From Auanema rhodensis (taxonomy: Eukaryota > Animalia > Nematoda): DNA of 64,000 nucleotides. Each line of letters begins with the position of its first letter. Position 1 is the first letter of the stretch. Below, piece by piece: positions 26,722 to 41,338 of this stretch. The notes beneath the pieces were generated by a model. That model was not told the origin of the DNA. It was given only the letters and a program-made list of their open reading frames with translations, and did not search any database. Position numbers and translations under genes: made by a program. The stretch spans positions 10,354,001 to 10,418,000 of the forward strand of contig OZ059898.1 of NCBI GenBank assembly GCA_964057225.1, in the 5' to 3' direction.

Positions 26722-27285
26722 TTCGAAAATGTTAGATTGTTTCCGAAAAATTATGAAAAGTCAAGTTCTACTGATTTGAAGAGAATTGTAAGTTTTAGAA
26801 AATAATTAAAAATTAGTTCTCTCTACTATTAACTGATTGTCGGCTAAAATATGGTAACAGTTTTTATAAAAAGTTTCCATGATTAGGATTAAACAAAAAA
26901 AAGAATTAAAGAGAAACACTTTTTGTTTACTTTTTTGATTATAATACTTGAAATTCCAAAAACAGTAGAATAAAATTGAGAAAGCGACAAAAACAGTTGA
27001 ACGATTTGAAGAGAATTGTAAGTTTTAGAAAAGAATTAAAGTTCAGCTCTCTCTACTATTAACTGAATGTCGGCTAAAATATAGTAACAGTTTTTATAAA
27101 AAGTTTCCATGATTAAGATTAAACAAAGAAAAAAAAAATCAAAGAGAAACACTTCTTGTTTACTAATTTGATTATAACACTTGAAAATCCAACAAAAGTA
27201 AAATAAAACTGTGAAAGCGGGTGAAACTGTTGAACTAAAACAGTCTTTATAAAATATAAATGATATTTTTTTATAAAAGTGAAGT

Positions 27286-27356
27286 TGCATCGGCCGGGAA
27301 TCGAACCCGGGTCGCCCGCGTGGCAGGCGAGCATTCTACCACTGAACCACCGATGC
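27286..27356 (-). tRNA. tRNA-Gly(GCC), consensus
   Basis: Same as consensus. Confidence 0.95.
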
Positions 27357-27919
27357 TTCTAAAATGTTAGATTGTTTCCGAAAAATTATGAAAAGTCAAG
27401 TTCTACTGATTTGAAGAGAATTGTAAGTTTTTGAAAATAATTAAAAATTAGTTCTCTCTACTATTAACTGATTGTCGGCTAAAATATGGTAACAGTTTTT
27501 ATAAAAAATTTCCATGATTAGGATTAAACAAAAAAAAGAATTAAAGAGAAACACTTTTTGTTTACTTATTTGATTATAATACTTGAAATTCCAAAAACAG
27601 TAGAATAAAATTGAGAAAGCGACAAAAACAGTTGAACGATTTGAAGAGAATTGTAAGTTTTAGAAAAGAATTAAAGTTCAGCTCTCTCTACTATTAACTG
27701 AATGTCGGCTAAAATATAGTAACAGTTTTTATAAAAAGTTTCCATGATTAAGATTAAACAAAGAAAAAAAAATCAAAGAGAAACACTTCTTGTTTACTAA
27801 TTTGATTATAACACTTGAAAATCCAACAAAAGTAAAATAAAACTGTGAAAGCGGGTAAAACTGTTGAACTAAAACAGTCTTTATAAAATATAAATGATAT
27901 ATTTTTATAAAAGTGAAGT

Positions 27920-27990
27920 TGCATCGGCCGGGAATCTAACCCGGGTCGCCCGCGTGGCAGGCGAGCATTCTACCACTGAACCACCGATGC
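27920..27990 (-). pseudogene. tRNA-Gly(GCC) C56A variant
   Basis: TTAGA T-loop. Confidence 0.75.
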
Positions 27991-28555
27991 TTCTAAAATG
28001 TTAGATTGTTTCCGAAAAATTATGAAAAGTCAAGTTCTACTGATTTGAAGAGAATTGTAAGTTTTTGAAAATAATTAAAAATTAGTTCTCTCTACTATTA
28101 ACTGATTGTCGGCTAAAATATGGTAACAGTTTTTATAAAAAATTTCCATGATTAGGATTAAACAAAGAAAAAAAATCAAAGAGAAACACTTCTTGTTTAC
28201 TTACTTGATTATACTACTTGAAATACGAAAAAAAGTAAAGAACAATTGAGAAAGCGACATAAACAGTTGAACGATTTGAAGAGAATTGTAAGTTTAAGAA
28301 AAGAACTAAAGTTTAGCTTTGTCTACTATTAACTGATTATCGGCTGAAATATGGTAATAGTTTTTTATTAAAAGTTTCCATGATTAAGATTAAACAAAGA
28401 AAAAAAAATCAAAGAGAAACACTTCTTGTTTACTAATTTGATTATAACACTTGAAAATCCAACAAAAGTAAAATAAAACTGTTAAAGCGAGTAAAACTGT
28501 TGAAATAAAACAGTTTTTATTAAATATAAATGATATTTTTTTATAAAAATGAAGT

Positions 28556-28626
28556 TGCATCGGCCGGGAATCGAACCCGGGTCGCCCGCGTGGCAGGCGA
28601 GCATTCTACCACTGAACCACCGATGC
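28556..28626 (-). tRNA. tRNA-Gly(GCC), consensus, subtype B flank
   Basis: Consensus body; T5 terminator. Confidence 0.95.
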
Positions 28627-29420
28627 TTCGAAAATGTTAGATTGTTTCCGAAAAATTATGAAAAGTCAAGTTCTACTGATTTGAAGAGATTTGTAAGTTT
28701 TAGAAAAGAATTAAAGTTCAGCTATCTCTACTATTAACTGATTATCGGCCAAAATAAGGTAACAGTTTTTATTGAAAGTTTCCATGATTATGATTAAACA
28801 AAGAAAAAAATCAAAGAGAAACACTTCTTGTTTACTTATTTGATTATAATACTTGAATTTCCAAAAACAGTAGAATAAAATAGAGAAAGCGACGAAAAAA
28901 GTTGAACGATTTGAAGAGAATTGTAAGTTTCAGAAAAGAATCAAAGTTCAGCTATCTCTACTATTAACTGATTATCGGCTGAAATAAGGTAACAGTTTTT
29001 ATTGAAAGTTTCCATGACTATGATTAAACAAAGAAAAAAAAATCAAAGAAAAACACTTCTTGTTTACTTATTTGATTATAACACTTGAAATTCCAACAAA
29101 AGTAAAGTAAAACTGTTAAAGCGAGTAAAACTGTTGAACGATTTGAAGACAATTGTAAGTTGAAGAAAAAAATTAAAGTTTAGCTCTCTCTACTATTAAC
29201 TGAATGTCGGCTGAAATAAGGTAACAGTTTTTATTAAAAGTTTCCATGATTAAGATTAAACAAAGAAAAAAAATCAAAGAGAAACACTTCTTGTTTACTA
29301 ATTTGATTATAACACTTGAAAATCCAACAAAAGTAAAATAAAACTGTTAAAGCGAGTAAAACTGTTGAAATAAAACAGTTTTTATTAAATATAAATGATA
29401 TTTTTTTATAAAAATGAAGT

Positions 29421-29491
29421 TGCATCGGCCGGGAATCGAACCCGGGTCGCCCGCGTGGCAGGCGAGCATTCTACCACTGAACCACCGATGC
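29421..29491 (-). tRNA. tRNA-Gly(GCC), consensus, subtype B flank
   Basis: Consensus body; T5 terminator. Confidence 0.95.
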
Positions 29492-30515
29492 TTCGAAAAT
29501 GTTAGATTGTTTCCGAAAAATTATGAAAAGTCAAGTTCTACTGATTTGAAGAGATTTGTAAGTTTTAGAAAAGAATTAAAGTTCAGCTATCTCTACTATT
29601 AACTGATTATCGGCTAAAATAAGGTAACAGTTTTTATTGAAAGTTTCCATGATTAAGATTAAACAAAGAAAAAAAATCAAAGAGAAACACTTCTTGTTTA
29701 CTTATTTGATTATAACACTTGAAATTCCAACAAAAGTAAAGTAAAACTGTTAAAGCGAGTAAAACTGTTGAACGATTTGAAGACAATTGTAAGTTTTAGA
29801 AAAGAATTAAAGTTCAGCTATCTCTACTATTAACTGATTATCGGCTAAAATAAGGTAACAGTTTTTATTGAAAGTTTCCATGATTATGATTAAACAAAGA
29901 AAAAAATCAAAGAGAAACACTTCTTGTTTACTTATTTGATTATAATACTTGAATTTCCAAAAACAGTAGAATAAAATAGAGAAAGCGACGAAAAAAGTTG
30001 AACGATTTGAAGAGAATTGTAAGTTTCAGAAAAGAATCAAAGTTCAGCTATCTCTACTATTAACTGATTATCGGCTGAAATAAGGTAACAGTTTTTATTG
30101 AAAGTTTCCGTGATTAATATTAAACAAAGAAAAAAAATCAAAGAAAAACACTTCTTGTTTACTTATTTGATTATAACACTTGAAATTCCAACAAAAGTAA
30201 AGTAAAACTGTTAAAGCGAGTAAAACTGTTGAACGATTTGAAGACAATTGTAAGTTGAAGAAAAAAATTAAAGTTTAGCTCTCTCTACTATTAACTGAAT
30301 GTCGGCTGAAATAAGGTAACAGTTTTTATTAAAAGTTTCCATGATTAAGATTAAACAAAGAAAAAAAATCAAAGAGAAACACTTCTTGTTTACTAATTTG
30401 ATTATAACACTTGAAAATCCAACAAAAGTAAAATAAAACTGTGAAAGCGGGTAAAACTGTTGAACTAAAACAGTCTTTATAAAATATAAATGATATTTTT
30501 TTATAAAAGTGAAGT

Positions 30516-30586
30516 TGCATCGGCCGGGAATCGAACCCGGGTCGCCCGCGTGGCAGGCGAGCATTCTACCACTGAACCACCGATGC
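30516..30586 (-). tRNA. tRNA-Gly(GCC), consensus
   Basis: Same as consensus. Confidence 0.95.
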
Positions 30587-32304
30587 TTCGAAAATGTTAG
30601 ATTGTTTCCGAAACATTATGAAAAGTCAAGTTCTACTGATTTGAAGAGAATTGTAAGTTTTAGAAAAGAATTAAAGTTCAGCTATCTCTACTATTAACTG
30701 ATTATCGGCTAAAATAAGGTAACAGTTTTTATTGAAAGTTTCCATGATTAAGATTAAACAAAGAAAAAAATCAAAGAGAAACACTTCTTGTTTACTTACT
30801 TGATTATAATACTTGAAATTCCAAAAACAGTAAAATAAAATTGAGAAAGCGACAAAAACAGTTGAACGATTTGAAGAGAATTGTAAGTTTAAGAAAAGAT
30901 TTAAAGTTTAGCTTTGTCTACTATTAACTGATTATCGGCTGAAATATGGTAACAGTTTTTATTGAAAGTTTCCGTGATTAAGATTAAACAAAGAAAAAAA
31001 AATCAAAGAGAAACACTTCTTGTTTACTTATTTGATTATAACACTTGAAATTCCAACAAAAGTAAAGTAAAATTGAGGAAGCGACAAAAACAGTTGAACG
31101 ATTTGAAGAGAATTGTAAGTTTAAGAAAAGATTTAAAGTTTAGCTTTGTCTACTATTAACTGATTATCGGCTGAAATATGGCAACAGTTTTTATTGAAAG
31201 TTTCCATGATTAAGATTAAACAAAGAAAAAAATCAAAGAGAAACACTTCTTGTTTACTTACTTGATTATAATACTTGAAATTCCAAAAACAGTAAAATAA
31301 AATTGAGAAAGCGACAAAAACAGTTGAACGATTTGAAGAGAATTGTAAGTTTAAGAAAAGATTTAAAGTTTAGCTTTGTCTACTATTAACTGATTATCGG
31401 CTGAAATATGGTAACAGTTTTTATTGAAAGTTTCCATGATTAAGATTAAACAAAGAAAAAAATCAAAGAGAAACACTTCTTGTTTACTTACTTGATTATA
31501 ATACTTGAAATTCCAAAAACAGTAAAATAAAATTGAGAAAGCGACAAAAACAGTTGAACGATTTGAAGAGAATTGTAAGTTTAAGAAAAGATTTAAAGTT
31601 TAGCTTTGTCTACTATTAACTGATTATCGGCTGAAATATGGTAACAGTTTTTATTGAAAGTTTCCGTGATTAAGATTAAACAAAGAAAAAAAAATCAAAG
31701 AGAAACACTTCTTGTTTACTTACTTGATTATAATACTTGAAATTCCAAAAACAGTAAAATAAAATTGAGAAAGCGACAAAAACAGTTGAACGATTTGAAG
31801 AGAATTGTAAGTTTAAGAAAAGATTTAAAGTTTAGCTTTGTCTACTATTAACTGATTATCGGCTGAAATATGGTAACAGTTTTTATTGAAAGTTTCCGTG
31901 ATTAAGATTAAACAAAGAAAAAAAAATCAAAGAGAAACACTTTTTGTTTACTTATTTGATTATAATACTTGAAATTCCAAAAACAGTAGAATAAAATTGA
32001 GAAAGCGACAAAAACAGTTGAACGATTTGAAGAGAATTGTAAGTTTTAGAAAAGAATTAAAGTTCAGCTCTCTCTACTATTAACTGAATGTCGGCTAAAA
32101 TATAGTAACAGTTTTTATTAAAAGTTTCCATGATTAAGTTTAAACAAAGAAAAAAAATCAAAGAGAAACACTTCTTGTTTACTAATTTGATTATAACACT
32201 TGAAAATCCAACAAAAGTAAAATAAAACTGTGAAAGCGGGTAAAACTGTTGAACTAAAACAGTATTTATAAAATATAAATGATATTTTTTTATAAAAGTG
32301 AAGT

Positions 32305-32375
32305 TGCATCGGCCGGGAATCGAACCCGGGTCGCCCGCGTGGCAGGCGAGCATTCTACCACTGAACCACCGATGC
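32305..32375 (-). tRNA. tRNA-Gly(GCC), consensus
   Basis: Same as consensus. Confidence 0.95.
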
Positions 32376-32939
32376 TTCTAAAATGTTAGATTGTTTCCGA
32401 AAAATTATGAAAAGTCAAGTTCTACTGATTTGAAGAGAATTCTAAGTTTTTGAAAATAATTAAAAATTAGTTCTCTCTACTATTAACTGATTGTCGGCTA
32501 AAATATGGTAACAGTTTTTATAAAAAATTTCCATGATTAGGATTAAACAAAGAAAAAAATCAAAGAGAAACACTTCTTGTTTACTCACTTGATTATACTA
32601 CTTGAAATACGAAAAAAAGTAAAGAACAATTGAGAAAGCGACATAAACAGTTGAACGATTTGAAGAGAATTGTAAGTTTAAGAAAAGAACTAAAGTTTAG
32701 CTTTGTCTACTATTAACTGATTATCGGCTGAAATATGGTAACAGTTTTTTATTAAAAGTTTCCATGATTAAGATTAAACAAAGAAAAAAAAATCAAAGAG
32801 AAACACTTCTTGTTTACTAATTTGATTATAACACTTGAAAATCCAACAAAAGTAAAATAAAACTGTTAAAGCGAGTAAAACTGTTGAAATAAAACAGTTT
32901 TTATTAAATATAAATGATATTTTTTTATAAAAATGAAGT

Positions 32940-33010
32940 TGCATCGGCCGGGAATCGAACCCGGGTCGCCCGCGTGGCAGGCGAGCATTCTACCACTGAA
33001 CCACCGATGC
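32940..33010 (-). tRNA. tRNA-Gly(GCC), consensus, subtype B flank
   Basis: Consensus body; T5 terminator. Confidence 0.95.
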
Positions 33011-34035
33011 TTCGAAAATGTTAGATTGTTTCCGAAAAATTATGAAAAGTCAAGTTCTACTGATTTGAAGAGATTTGTAAGTTTTAGAAAAAAATTAAAG
33101 TTCAGCTATCTCTACTATTAACTGATTATCGGCTAAAATAAGGTAACAGTTTTTATTGAAAGTTTCCATGATTATGATTAAACAAAGAAAAAAATCAATA
33201 AGAAACACTTCTTGTTTACTTATTTGATTATAATACTTGAATTTCCAAAAACAGTAGAATAAAATAGAGAAAGCGACGAAAAAAGTTGAACGATTTGAAG
33301 AGAATTGTAAGTTTCAGAAAAGAATCAAAGTTCAGCTATCTCTACTATTAACTGATTATCGGCTGAAATAAGGTAACAGTTTTTATTGAAAGTTTCCGTG
33401 ATTAATATTAAACAAAGAAAAAAAAATCAAAGAGAAACACTTCTTGTTTACTTATTTGATTATAACACTTGAAATTCCAACAAAAGTAAAGTAAAACTGT
33501 TAAAGCGAGTAAAACTGTTGAACGATTTGAAGACAATTGTAAGTTGAAGACAAAAATTAAAGTTTAGCTCTCTCTACTATTAACTGAATGTCGGCTGAAA
33601 TAAGGTAACAGTTTTTATTAAAAGTTTCCATGATTAAGATTAAACAAAGAAAAAAAATCAAAGAGAAACACTTCTTGTTTACTAATTTGATTATAACACT
33701 TGAAAATCCAACAAAAGTAAAGTAAAACTGTTAAAGCGAGTAAAACTGTTGAACAATTTGAAGACAATTGTAAGTTGAAAAAAAAAATTGAAGTTTTGCT
33801 CTCTCTACTATTAACTGAATGTCGGCTAAAATATGATAACAGTTTTTATTAAAAGTTTCCATGATTAAGATTAAACAAAGAAAAAAAATCAAAGAGAAAC
33901 ACTTCTTGTTTACTAATTTGATTATAACACTTGAAATTCCAACAAAAGTAAAATAAAACTGTGAAAGCGGGTAAAACTGTTGAACTAAAACAGTCTTTAT
34001 AAAATATAAATGATATTTTTTTATAAAAGTGAAGT

Positions 34036-34106
34036 TGCATCGGCCGGAAATCGAACCCGGGTCGCCCGCGTGGCAGGCGAGCATTCTACCACTGAACCAC
34101 CGATGC
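34036..34106 (-). tRNA. tRNA-Gly(GCC) C61T variant, possibly impaired
   Basis: + strand CCGGAAATCG; T-stem/B-box C61 changed. Confidence 0.7.
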
Positions 34107-35134
34107 TTCGAAAATGTTAGATTGTTTCCGAAAAATTATGAAAAGTCAAGTTCTACTGATTTGAAGAGAATTGTAAGTTTTAGAAAATAATTAAAAATAA
34201 GTTCTCTCTACTATTAACTGATTGTCGGCTAAAATATGGTAACAGTTTTTATAAAAAGTTTCCATGATTAGGATTAAACAAAAAAAAGAATTAAAAAGAA
34301 ACACTTCTTGTTTACTTACTTGATTATACTACTTGAAATTCGAAAAAAAGTAAAAAACAATTGAGAAAGCGACATAAACAGTTGAACGATTTGAAGAGAA
34401 TTGTAAGTTTAAGAAAAGAATTAAAGTTTAGCTTTGTCTACTATTAACTGATTATCGGCTGAAATATGGTGACAGTTTTTTATTAAAAGTTTCCATGATT
34501 AAGATTAAACAAAGAAGAAAAAATCAAAGAGAGACACTTCTTGTTTACTTATTTGATTATAATACTTGAAATTCCAAAAACAGTAAAATAAAATTGAGAA
34601 AGCGACAAAAACAGTTGAACGATTTGAAGAGAATTGTAAGTTTAAGAAAAGATTTAAAGTTTAGCTTTGTCTACTATTAACTGATTATCGGCTAAAACAT
34701 GGTGACAGTTTTTTATTAAAAGTTTCCATGATTAAGATTAAACAAAGAAAAAAAAATCAAAGAGAAACAGTTCTTGTTTACTAATTTGATTATAACACTT
34801 GAAATTCCAACAAAAGTAAAGTAAAACTGTTAAAGCGAGTAAAACTGTTGAACAATTTGAAGACAATTGTAAGTTGAAAAAAAAAATTAAAGTTTAGCTC
34901 TCTCTACTATTAACTGAATGTCGGCTAAAATATGATAACAGTTTTTATTAAAAGTTTCCATGATTAAGATTAAACAAAGAAAAAAATCAAAGAGAAACAC
35001 TTCTTGTTTACTAATTTGATTATAACACTTGAAATTCCAACAAAAGTAAAATAAAACTGTGAAAGCGGGTAAAACTGTTGAACTAAAACAGTCTTTATAA
35101 AATATAAATGATATTTTTTTTATAAAAGTGAAGT

Positions 35135-35205
35135 TGCATCGGCCGGGAATCGAACCCGGGTCGCCCGCGTGGCAGGCGAGCATTCTACCACTGAACCACC
35201 GATGC
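35135..35205 (-). tRNA. tRNA-Gly(GCC), consensus
   Basis: Same as consensus. Confidence 0.95.
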
Positions 35206-36412
35206 TTCGAAAATGTTAGATTGTTTCCGAAAAATTATGAAAAGTCAAGTTCTACTGATTTGAAGAGAATTGTAAGTTTTAGAAAATAATTAAAAATAAG
35301 TTCTCTCTACTATTAACTGATTGTCGGCTAAAATATGGTAACAGTTTTTATAAAAAGTTTCCATGATTAGGATTAAACAAAAAAAAGAATTAAAAAGAAA
35401 CACTTCTTGTTTACTTACTTGATTATACTACTTGAAATTCGAAAAAAAGTAAAAAACAATTGAGAAAGCGACATAAACAGTTGAACGATTTGAAGAGAAT
35501 TGTAAGTTTAAGAAAAGAATTAAAGTTTAGCTTTGTCTACTATTAACTGATTATCGGCTGAAATATGGTGACAGTTTTTTATTAAAAGTTTCCATGATTA
35601 AGATTAAAGAAAGAAGAAAAAATCAAAGAGAGACACTTCTTGTTTACTTATTTGAATATAATACTTGAAATTCCAAAAACAGTAGAATAAAATAGAGAAA
35701 GCGACGAAAAAAGTTGAACGATTTGAAGAGAATTGTAAGTTTTAGAAAAGAATTAAAGTTCAGCTATCTCTACTATTAACTGATTATCGGCTAAAATAAG
35801 ATAACAGTTCTTATTAAAAGTTTTCATGATTACGAATAAACAAAAAAAAGAATCAAAAAGAAACACTTCTTGTTTACGTATTTGATTATAATACTTGAAA
35901 TTCCAAAAACAGTAGAATAAAATAGAGAAAGCGACGAAAAAAGTTGAACGATTTGAAGAGAATTGTAAGTTTTAGAAAAGAATTAAAGTTCAGCTATCTC
36001 TACTATTAACTGATTATCGGCTAAAATAAGGTAACAGTTTTTATTAAAGCGAGTAAAACTGTTGAACGATTTGAAGACAATCGGCTAAAATAAGGTAACA
36101 GTTTTTATTAAAGCGAGTAAAACTGTTGAACGATTTGAAGACAATTGTAAGTTGAAGAAAAAAATTAAAGTTTAGCTCTCTCTACTATTAACTGAATGTC
36201 GGCTGAAATAAGGTAACAGTTTTTATTAAAAGTTTCCATGATTAAGATTAAACAAAGAAAAAAAATCAAAGAGAAACACTTCTTGTTTACTAATTTGATT
36301 ATAACACTTGAAAATCCAACAAAAGTAAAGTAAAACTGTTAAAGCGGGTAAAACTGTTGAACTAAAACAGTCTTTATAAAATATAAATGATATTTTTTTA
36401 TAAAAGTGAAGT

Positions 36413-36483
36413 TGCATCGGCCGGAAATCGAACCCGGGTCGCCCGCGTGGCAGGCGAGCATTCTACCACTGAACCACCGATGC
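36413..36483 (-). tRNA. tRNA-Gly(GCC) C61T variant, possibly impaired
   Basis: + strand CCGGAAATCG. Confidence 0.7.
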
Positions 36484-37511
36484 TTCGAAAATGTTAGATT
36501 GTTTCCGAAAAATAATGAAAAGTCAAGTTCTACTGATTTGAAGAGAATTGTAAGTTTTAGAAAATAATTAAAAATAAGTTCTCTCTACTATTAACTGATT
36601 GTCGGCTAAAATATGGTAACAGTTTTTATAAAAAGTTTCCATGATTAGGATTAAACAAAAAAAAGAATTAAAAAGAAACACTTCTTGTTTACTTACTTGA
36701 TTATACTACTTGAAATTCGAAAAAAAGTAAAAAACAATTGAGAAAGCGACATAAACAGTTGAACGATTTGAAGAGAATTGTAAGTTTAAGAAAAGAATTA
36801 AAGTTTAGCTTTGTCTACTATTAACTGATTATCGGCTGAAATATGGTGACAGTTTTTTATTAAAAGTTTCCATGATTAAGATTAAACAAAGAAGAAAAAA
36901 TCAAAGAGAGACACTTCTTGTTTACTTATTTGATTATAATACTTGAAATTCCAAAAACAGTAAAATAAAATTGAGAAAGCGACAAAAACAGTTGAACGAT
37001 TTGAAGAGAATTGTAAGTTTAAGAAAAGATTTAAAGTTTAGCTTTGTCTACTATTAACTGATTATCGGCTGAAATATGGTGACAGTTTTTTATTAAAAGT
37101 TTCCATGATTAAGATTAAACAAAGAAAAAAAAATCAAAGAGAAACAGTTCTTGTTTACTAATTTGATTATAACACTTGAAATTCCAACAAAAGTAAAGTA
37201 AAACTGTTAAAGCGAGTAAAACTGTTGAACAATTTGAAGACAATTGTAAGTTGAAAAAAAAAATTAAAGTTTAGCTCTCTCTACTATTAACTGAATGTCG
37301 GCTAAAATATGATAACAGTTTTTATTAAAAGTTTCCATGATTAAGATTAAACAAAGAAAAAAATCAAAGAGAAACACTTCTTGTTTACTAATTTGATTAT
37401 AACACTTGAAATTCCAACAAAAGTAAAATAAAACTGTGAAAGCGGGTAAAACTGTTGAACTAAAACAGTCTTTATAAAATATAAATGATATTTTTTTTAT
37501 AAAAGTGAAGT

Positions 37512-37582
37512 TGCATCGGCCGGGAATCGAACCCGGGTCGCCCGCGTGGCAGGCGAGCATTCTACCACTGAACCACCGATGC
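37512..37582 (-). tRNA. tRNA-Gly(GCC), consensus
   Basis: Same as consensus. Confidence 0.95.
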
Positions 37583-40500
37583 TTCGAAAATGTTAGATTG
37601 TTTCCGAAAAATTATGAAAAGTCAAGTTCTACTGATTTGAAGAGAATTGTAAGTTTTAGAAAATAATTAAAAATAAGTTCTCTCTACTATTAACTGATTG
37701 TCGGCTAAAATATGGTAACAGTTTTTATAAAAAGTTTCCATGATTAGGATTAAACAAAAAAAAGAATTAAAAAGAAACACTTCTTGTTTACTTACTTGAT
37801 TATACTACTTGAAATTCGAAAAAAAGTAAAAAACAATTGAGAAAGCGACATAAACAGTTGAACGATTTGAAGAGAATTGTAAGTTTAAGAAGAGAATTAA
37901 AGTTTAGCTTTGTCTACTATTAACTGATTATCGGCTGAAATATGGTGACAGTTTTTTATTAAAAGTTTCCATGATTAAGATTAAAGAAAGAAGAAAAAAT
38001 CAAAGAGAGACACTTCTTGTTTACTTATTTGAATATAATACTTGAAATTCCAAAAACAGTAGAATAAAATAGAGAAAGCGACGAAAAAAGTTGAACGATT
38101 TGAAGAGAATTGTAAGTTTTAGAAAAGAATTAAAGTTCAGCTATCTCTACTATTAACTGATTATCGGCTAAAATAAGATAACAGTTCTTATTAAAAGTTT
38201 TCATGATTACGAATAAACAAAAAAAAGAATCAAAAAGAAACACTTCTTGTTTACGTATTTGATTATAATACTTGAAATTCCAAAAACAGTAGAATAAAAT
38301 AGAGAAAGCGACGAAAAAAGTTGAACGATTTGAAGAGAATTGTAAGTTTTAGAAAAGAATTAAAGTTCAGCTATCTCTACTATTAACTGATTATCGGCTA
38401 AAATAAGGTAACAGTTTTTATTAAAGCGAGTAAAACTGTTGAACGATTTGAAGACAATCGGCTAAAATAAGGTAACAGTTTTTATTAAAGCGAGTAAAAC
38501 TGTTGAACGATTTGAAGACAATTGTAAGTTGAAGAAAAAAATTAAAGTTTAGCTCTCTCTACTATTTAATGATTGTCGGCTAAAATATGGTAACAGTTTT
38601 TATTAAAAGTTTCCATGATTAAGATTAAACAAAGAAAAAAAATCAAAGAGAAACACTTCTTGTTTACTTATTTGATTATAACACTTGAAATTCCAACAAA
38701 AGTAAAGTAAAACTGTTAAAGCGAGTAAAACTGTTGAACGATTTGAAGACAATTGTAAGTTTTAGAAAAGAATTAAAGTTCAGCTATCTCTACTATTAAC
38801 TGATTATCGGCTAAAATAAGGTAACAGTTTTTATTGAAAGTTTCCATGATTATGATTAAACAAAGAAAAAAATCAAAGAGAAACACTTCTTGTTTACTTA
38901 TTTCATTATAATACTTGAATTTCCAAAAACAGTAGAATAAAATAGAGAAAGCGACAAAAAAAGTTGAACGATTTGAAGAGAATTGTAAGTTTCAGAAAAG
39001 AATCAAAGTTCAGCTATCTCTACTATTAACTGATTATCGGCTGAAATAAGGTAACAGTTTTTATTGAAAGTTTCCGTGATTAATATTAAACAAAGAAAAA
39101 AAATCAAAGAGAAACACTTCTTGTTTACTTATTTGATTATAACACTTGAAATTCCAACAAAAGTAAAGTAAAACTGTTAAAGCGAGTAAAACTGTTGAAC
39201 GATTTGAAGACAATTGTAAGTTGAAGAAAAAAATTAAAGTTTAGCTCTCTCTACTATTTAATGATTGTCGGCTAAAATATGGTAACAGTTTTTATTGAAA
39301 GTTTCCATGATTATGATTAAACAAAGAAAAAAATCAAAGAGAAACACTTTTTGTTTACTTATTTGATTATAATACTTGAAATTCCAAAAACAGTAGAATA
39401 AAATTGAGAAAGCGACAAAAACAGTTGAACGATTTGAAGAGAATTGTAAGTTTTAGAAACGAATTAAAGTTCAGCTATCTCTACTATTAACTGATTATCG
39501 GCTAAAATAAGGTAACAGTTTTTATTGAAAGTTTCCATGATTAAGATTAAACAAAGAAAAAAATCAAAGAGAAACACTTCTTGTTTACTTACTTGATTAT
39601 AATACTTGAAATTCCAAAAACAGTAAAATAAAATTGAGAAAGCGACAAAAACAGTTGAACGATTTGAAGAGAATTGTAAGTTTAAGAAAAGATTTAAAGT
39701 TTAGCTTTGTCTACTATTAACTGATTATCGGCTGAAATAAGGTAACAGTTTTTATTAAAAGTTTCCATGATTAAGATTAAACAAAGAAAAAAAATCAAAG
39801 AGAAACACTTCTTGTTTACTTATTTGATTATAACACTTGAAATTCCAACAAAAGTAAAGTAAAACTGTTAAAGCGAGTAAAACTGTTGAACGATTTGAAG
39901 ACAATTGTAAGTTGAAGAAAAAAATTAAAGTTTAGCTCTCTCTACTATTTAATGATTGTCGGCTAAAATATGGTAACAGTTTTTATTGAAAGTTTCCATG
40001 ATTATGATTAAACAAAGAAAAAAATCAAAGAGAAACACTTTTTGTTTACTTATTTGATTATAATACTTGAAATTCCAAAAACAGTAGAATAAAATTGAGA
40101 AAGCGACAAAAACAGTTGAACGATTTGAAGAGAATTGTAAGTTTTAGAAACGAATTAAAGTTCAGCTATCTCTACTATTAACTGATTATCGGCTAAAATA
40201 AGGTAACAGTTTTTATTGAAAGTTTCCATGATTAAGATTAAACAAAGAAAAAAATCAAAGAGAAACACTTCTTGTTTACTTACTTGATTATAATACTTGA
40301 AATTCCAAAAACAGTAAAATAAAATTGAGAAAGCGACAAAAACAGTTGAACGATTTGAAGAGAATTGTAAGTTTAAGAAAAGATTTAAAGTTTAGCTTTG
40401 TCTACTATTAACTGATTATCGGCTGAAATAAGGTAACAGTTTTTATTAAAAGTTTCCATGATTAAGATTAAACAAAGAAAAAAAATCAAAGAGAAACACT

Positions 40501-40632
40501 TCTTGTTTACTAATTTGATTATAACACTTGAAAATCCAACAAAAGTAAAATAAAACTGTGAAAGCGGGTAAAACTGTTGAACTAAAACAGTCTTTAAAAA
40601 ATATAAATGATATTTTTTTATAAAAGTGAAGT

Positions 40633-40703
40633 TTCATCGGCCGGGAATCGAACCCGGGTCGCCCGCGTGGCAGGCGAGCATTCTACCACTGAACCACCGA
40701 TGC
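40633..40703 (-). tRNA. tRNA-Gly(GCC) C72A variant, G1:C72 pair broken
   Basis: + strand TTCATCGG instead of TGCATCGG. Confidence 0.7.
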
Positions 40704-41267
40704 TTCTAAAATGTTAGATTGTTTCCGAAAAATTATGAAAAATCAAGTTCTACTGATTTGAAGAGAATTGTAAGTTTTTGAAAATAATTAAAAATTAGTT
40801 CTCTCTACTATTAACTGATTGTCGGCTAAAATATGGTAACAGTTTTTATAAAAAATTTCCATGATTAGGATTAAACAAAGAAAAAAATCAAAGAGAAACA
40901 CTTCTTGTTTACTTACTTGATTATACTACTTGAAATACGAAAAAAAGTAAAGAACAATTGAGAAAGCGACATAAACAGTTGAACGATTTGAAGAGAATTG
41001 TAAGTTTAAGAAAAGAACTAAAGTTTAGCTTTGTCTACTATTAACTGATTATCGGCTGAAATATGGTAACAGTTTTTTATTAAAAGTTTCCATGATTAAG
41101 ATTAAACAAAGAAAAAAAAATCAAAGAGAAACACTTCTTGTTTACTAATTTGATTATAACACTTGAAAATCCAACAAAAGTAAAATAAAACTGTTAAAGC
41201 GAGTAAAACTGTTGAAATAAAACAGTTTTTATTAAATATAAATGATATTTTTTTATAAAAATGAAGT

Positions 41268-41338
41268 TGCATCGGCCGGGAATCGAACCCGGGTCGCCCG
41301 CGTGGCAGGCGAGCATTCTACCACTGAACCACCGATGC
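41268..41338 (-). tRNA. tRNA-Gly(GCC), consensus, subtype B flank
   Basis: Consensus body; T5 terminator. Confidence 0.95.
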
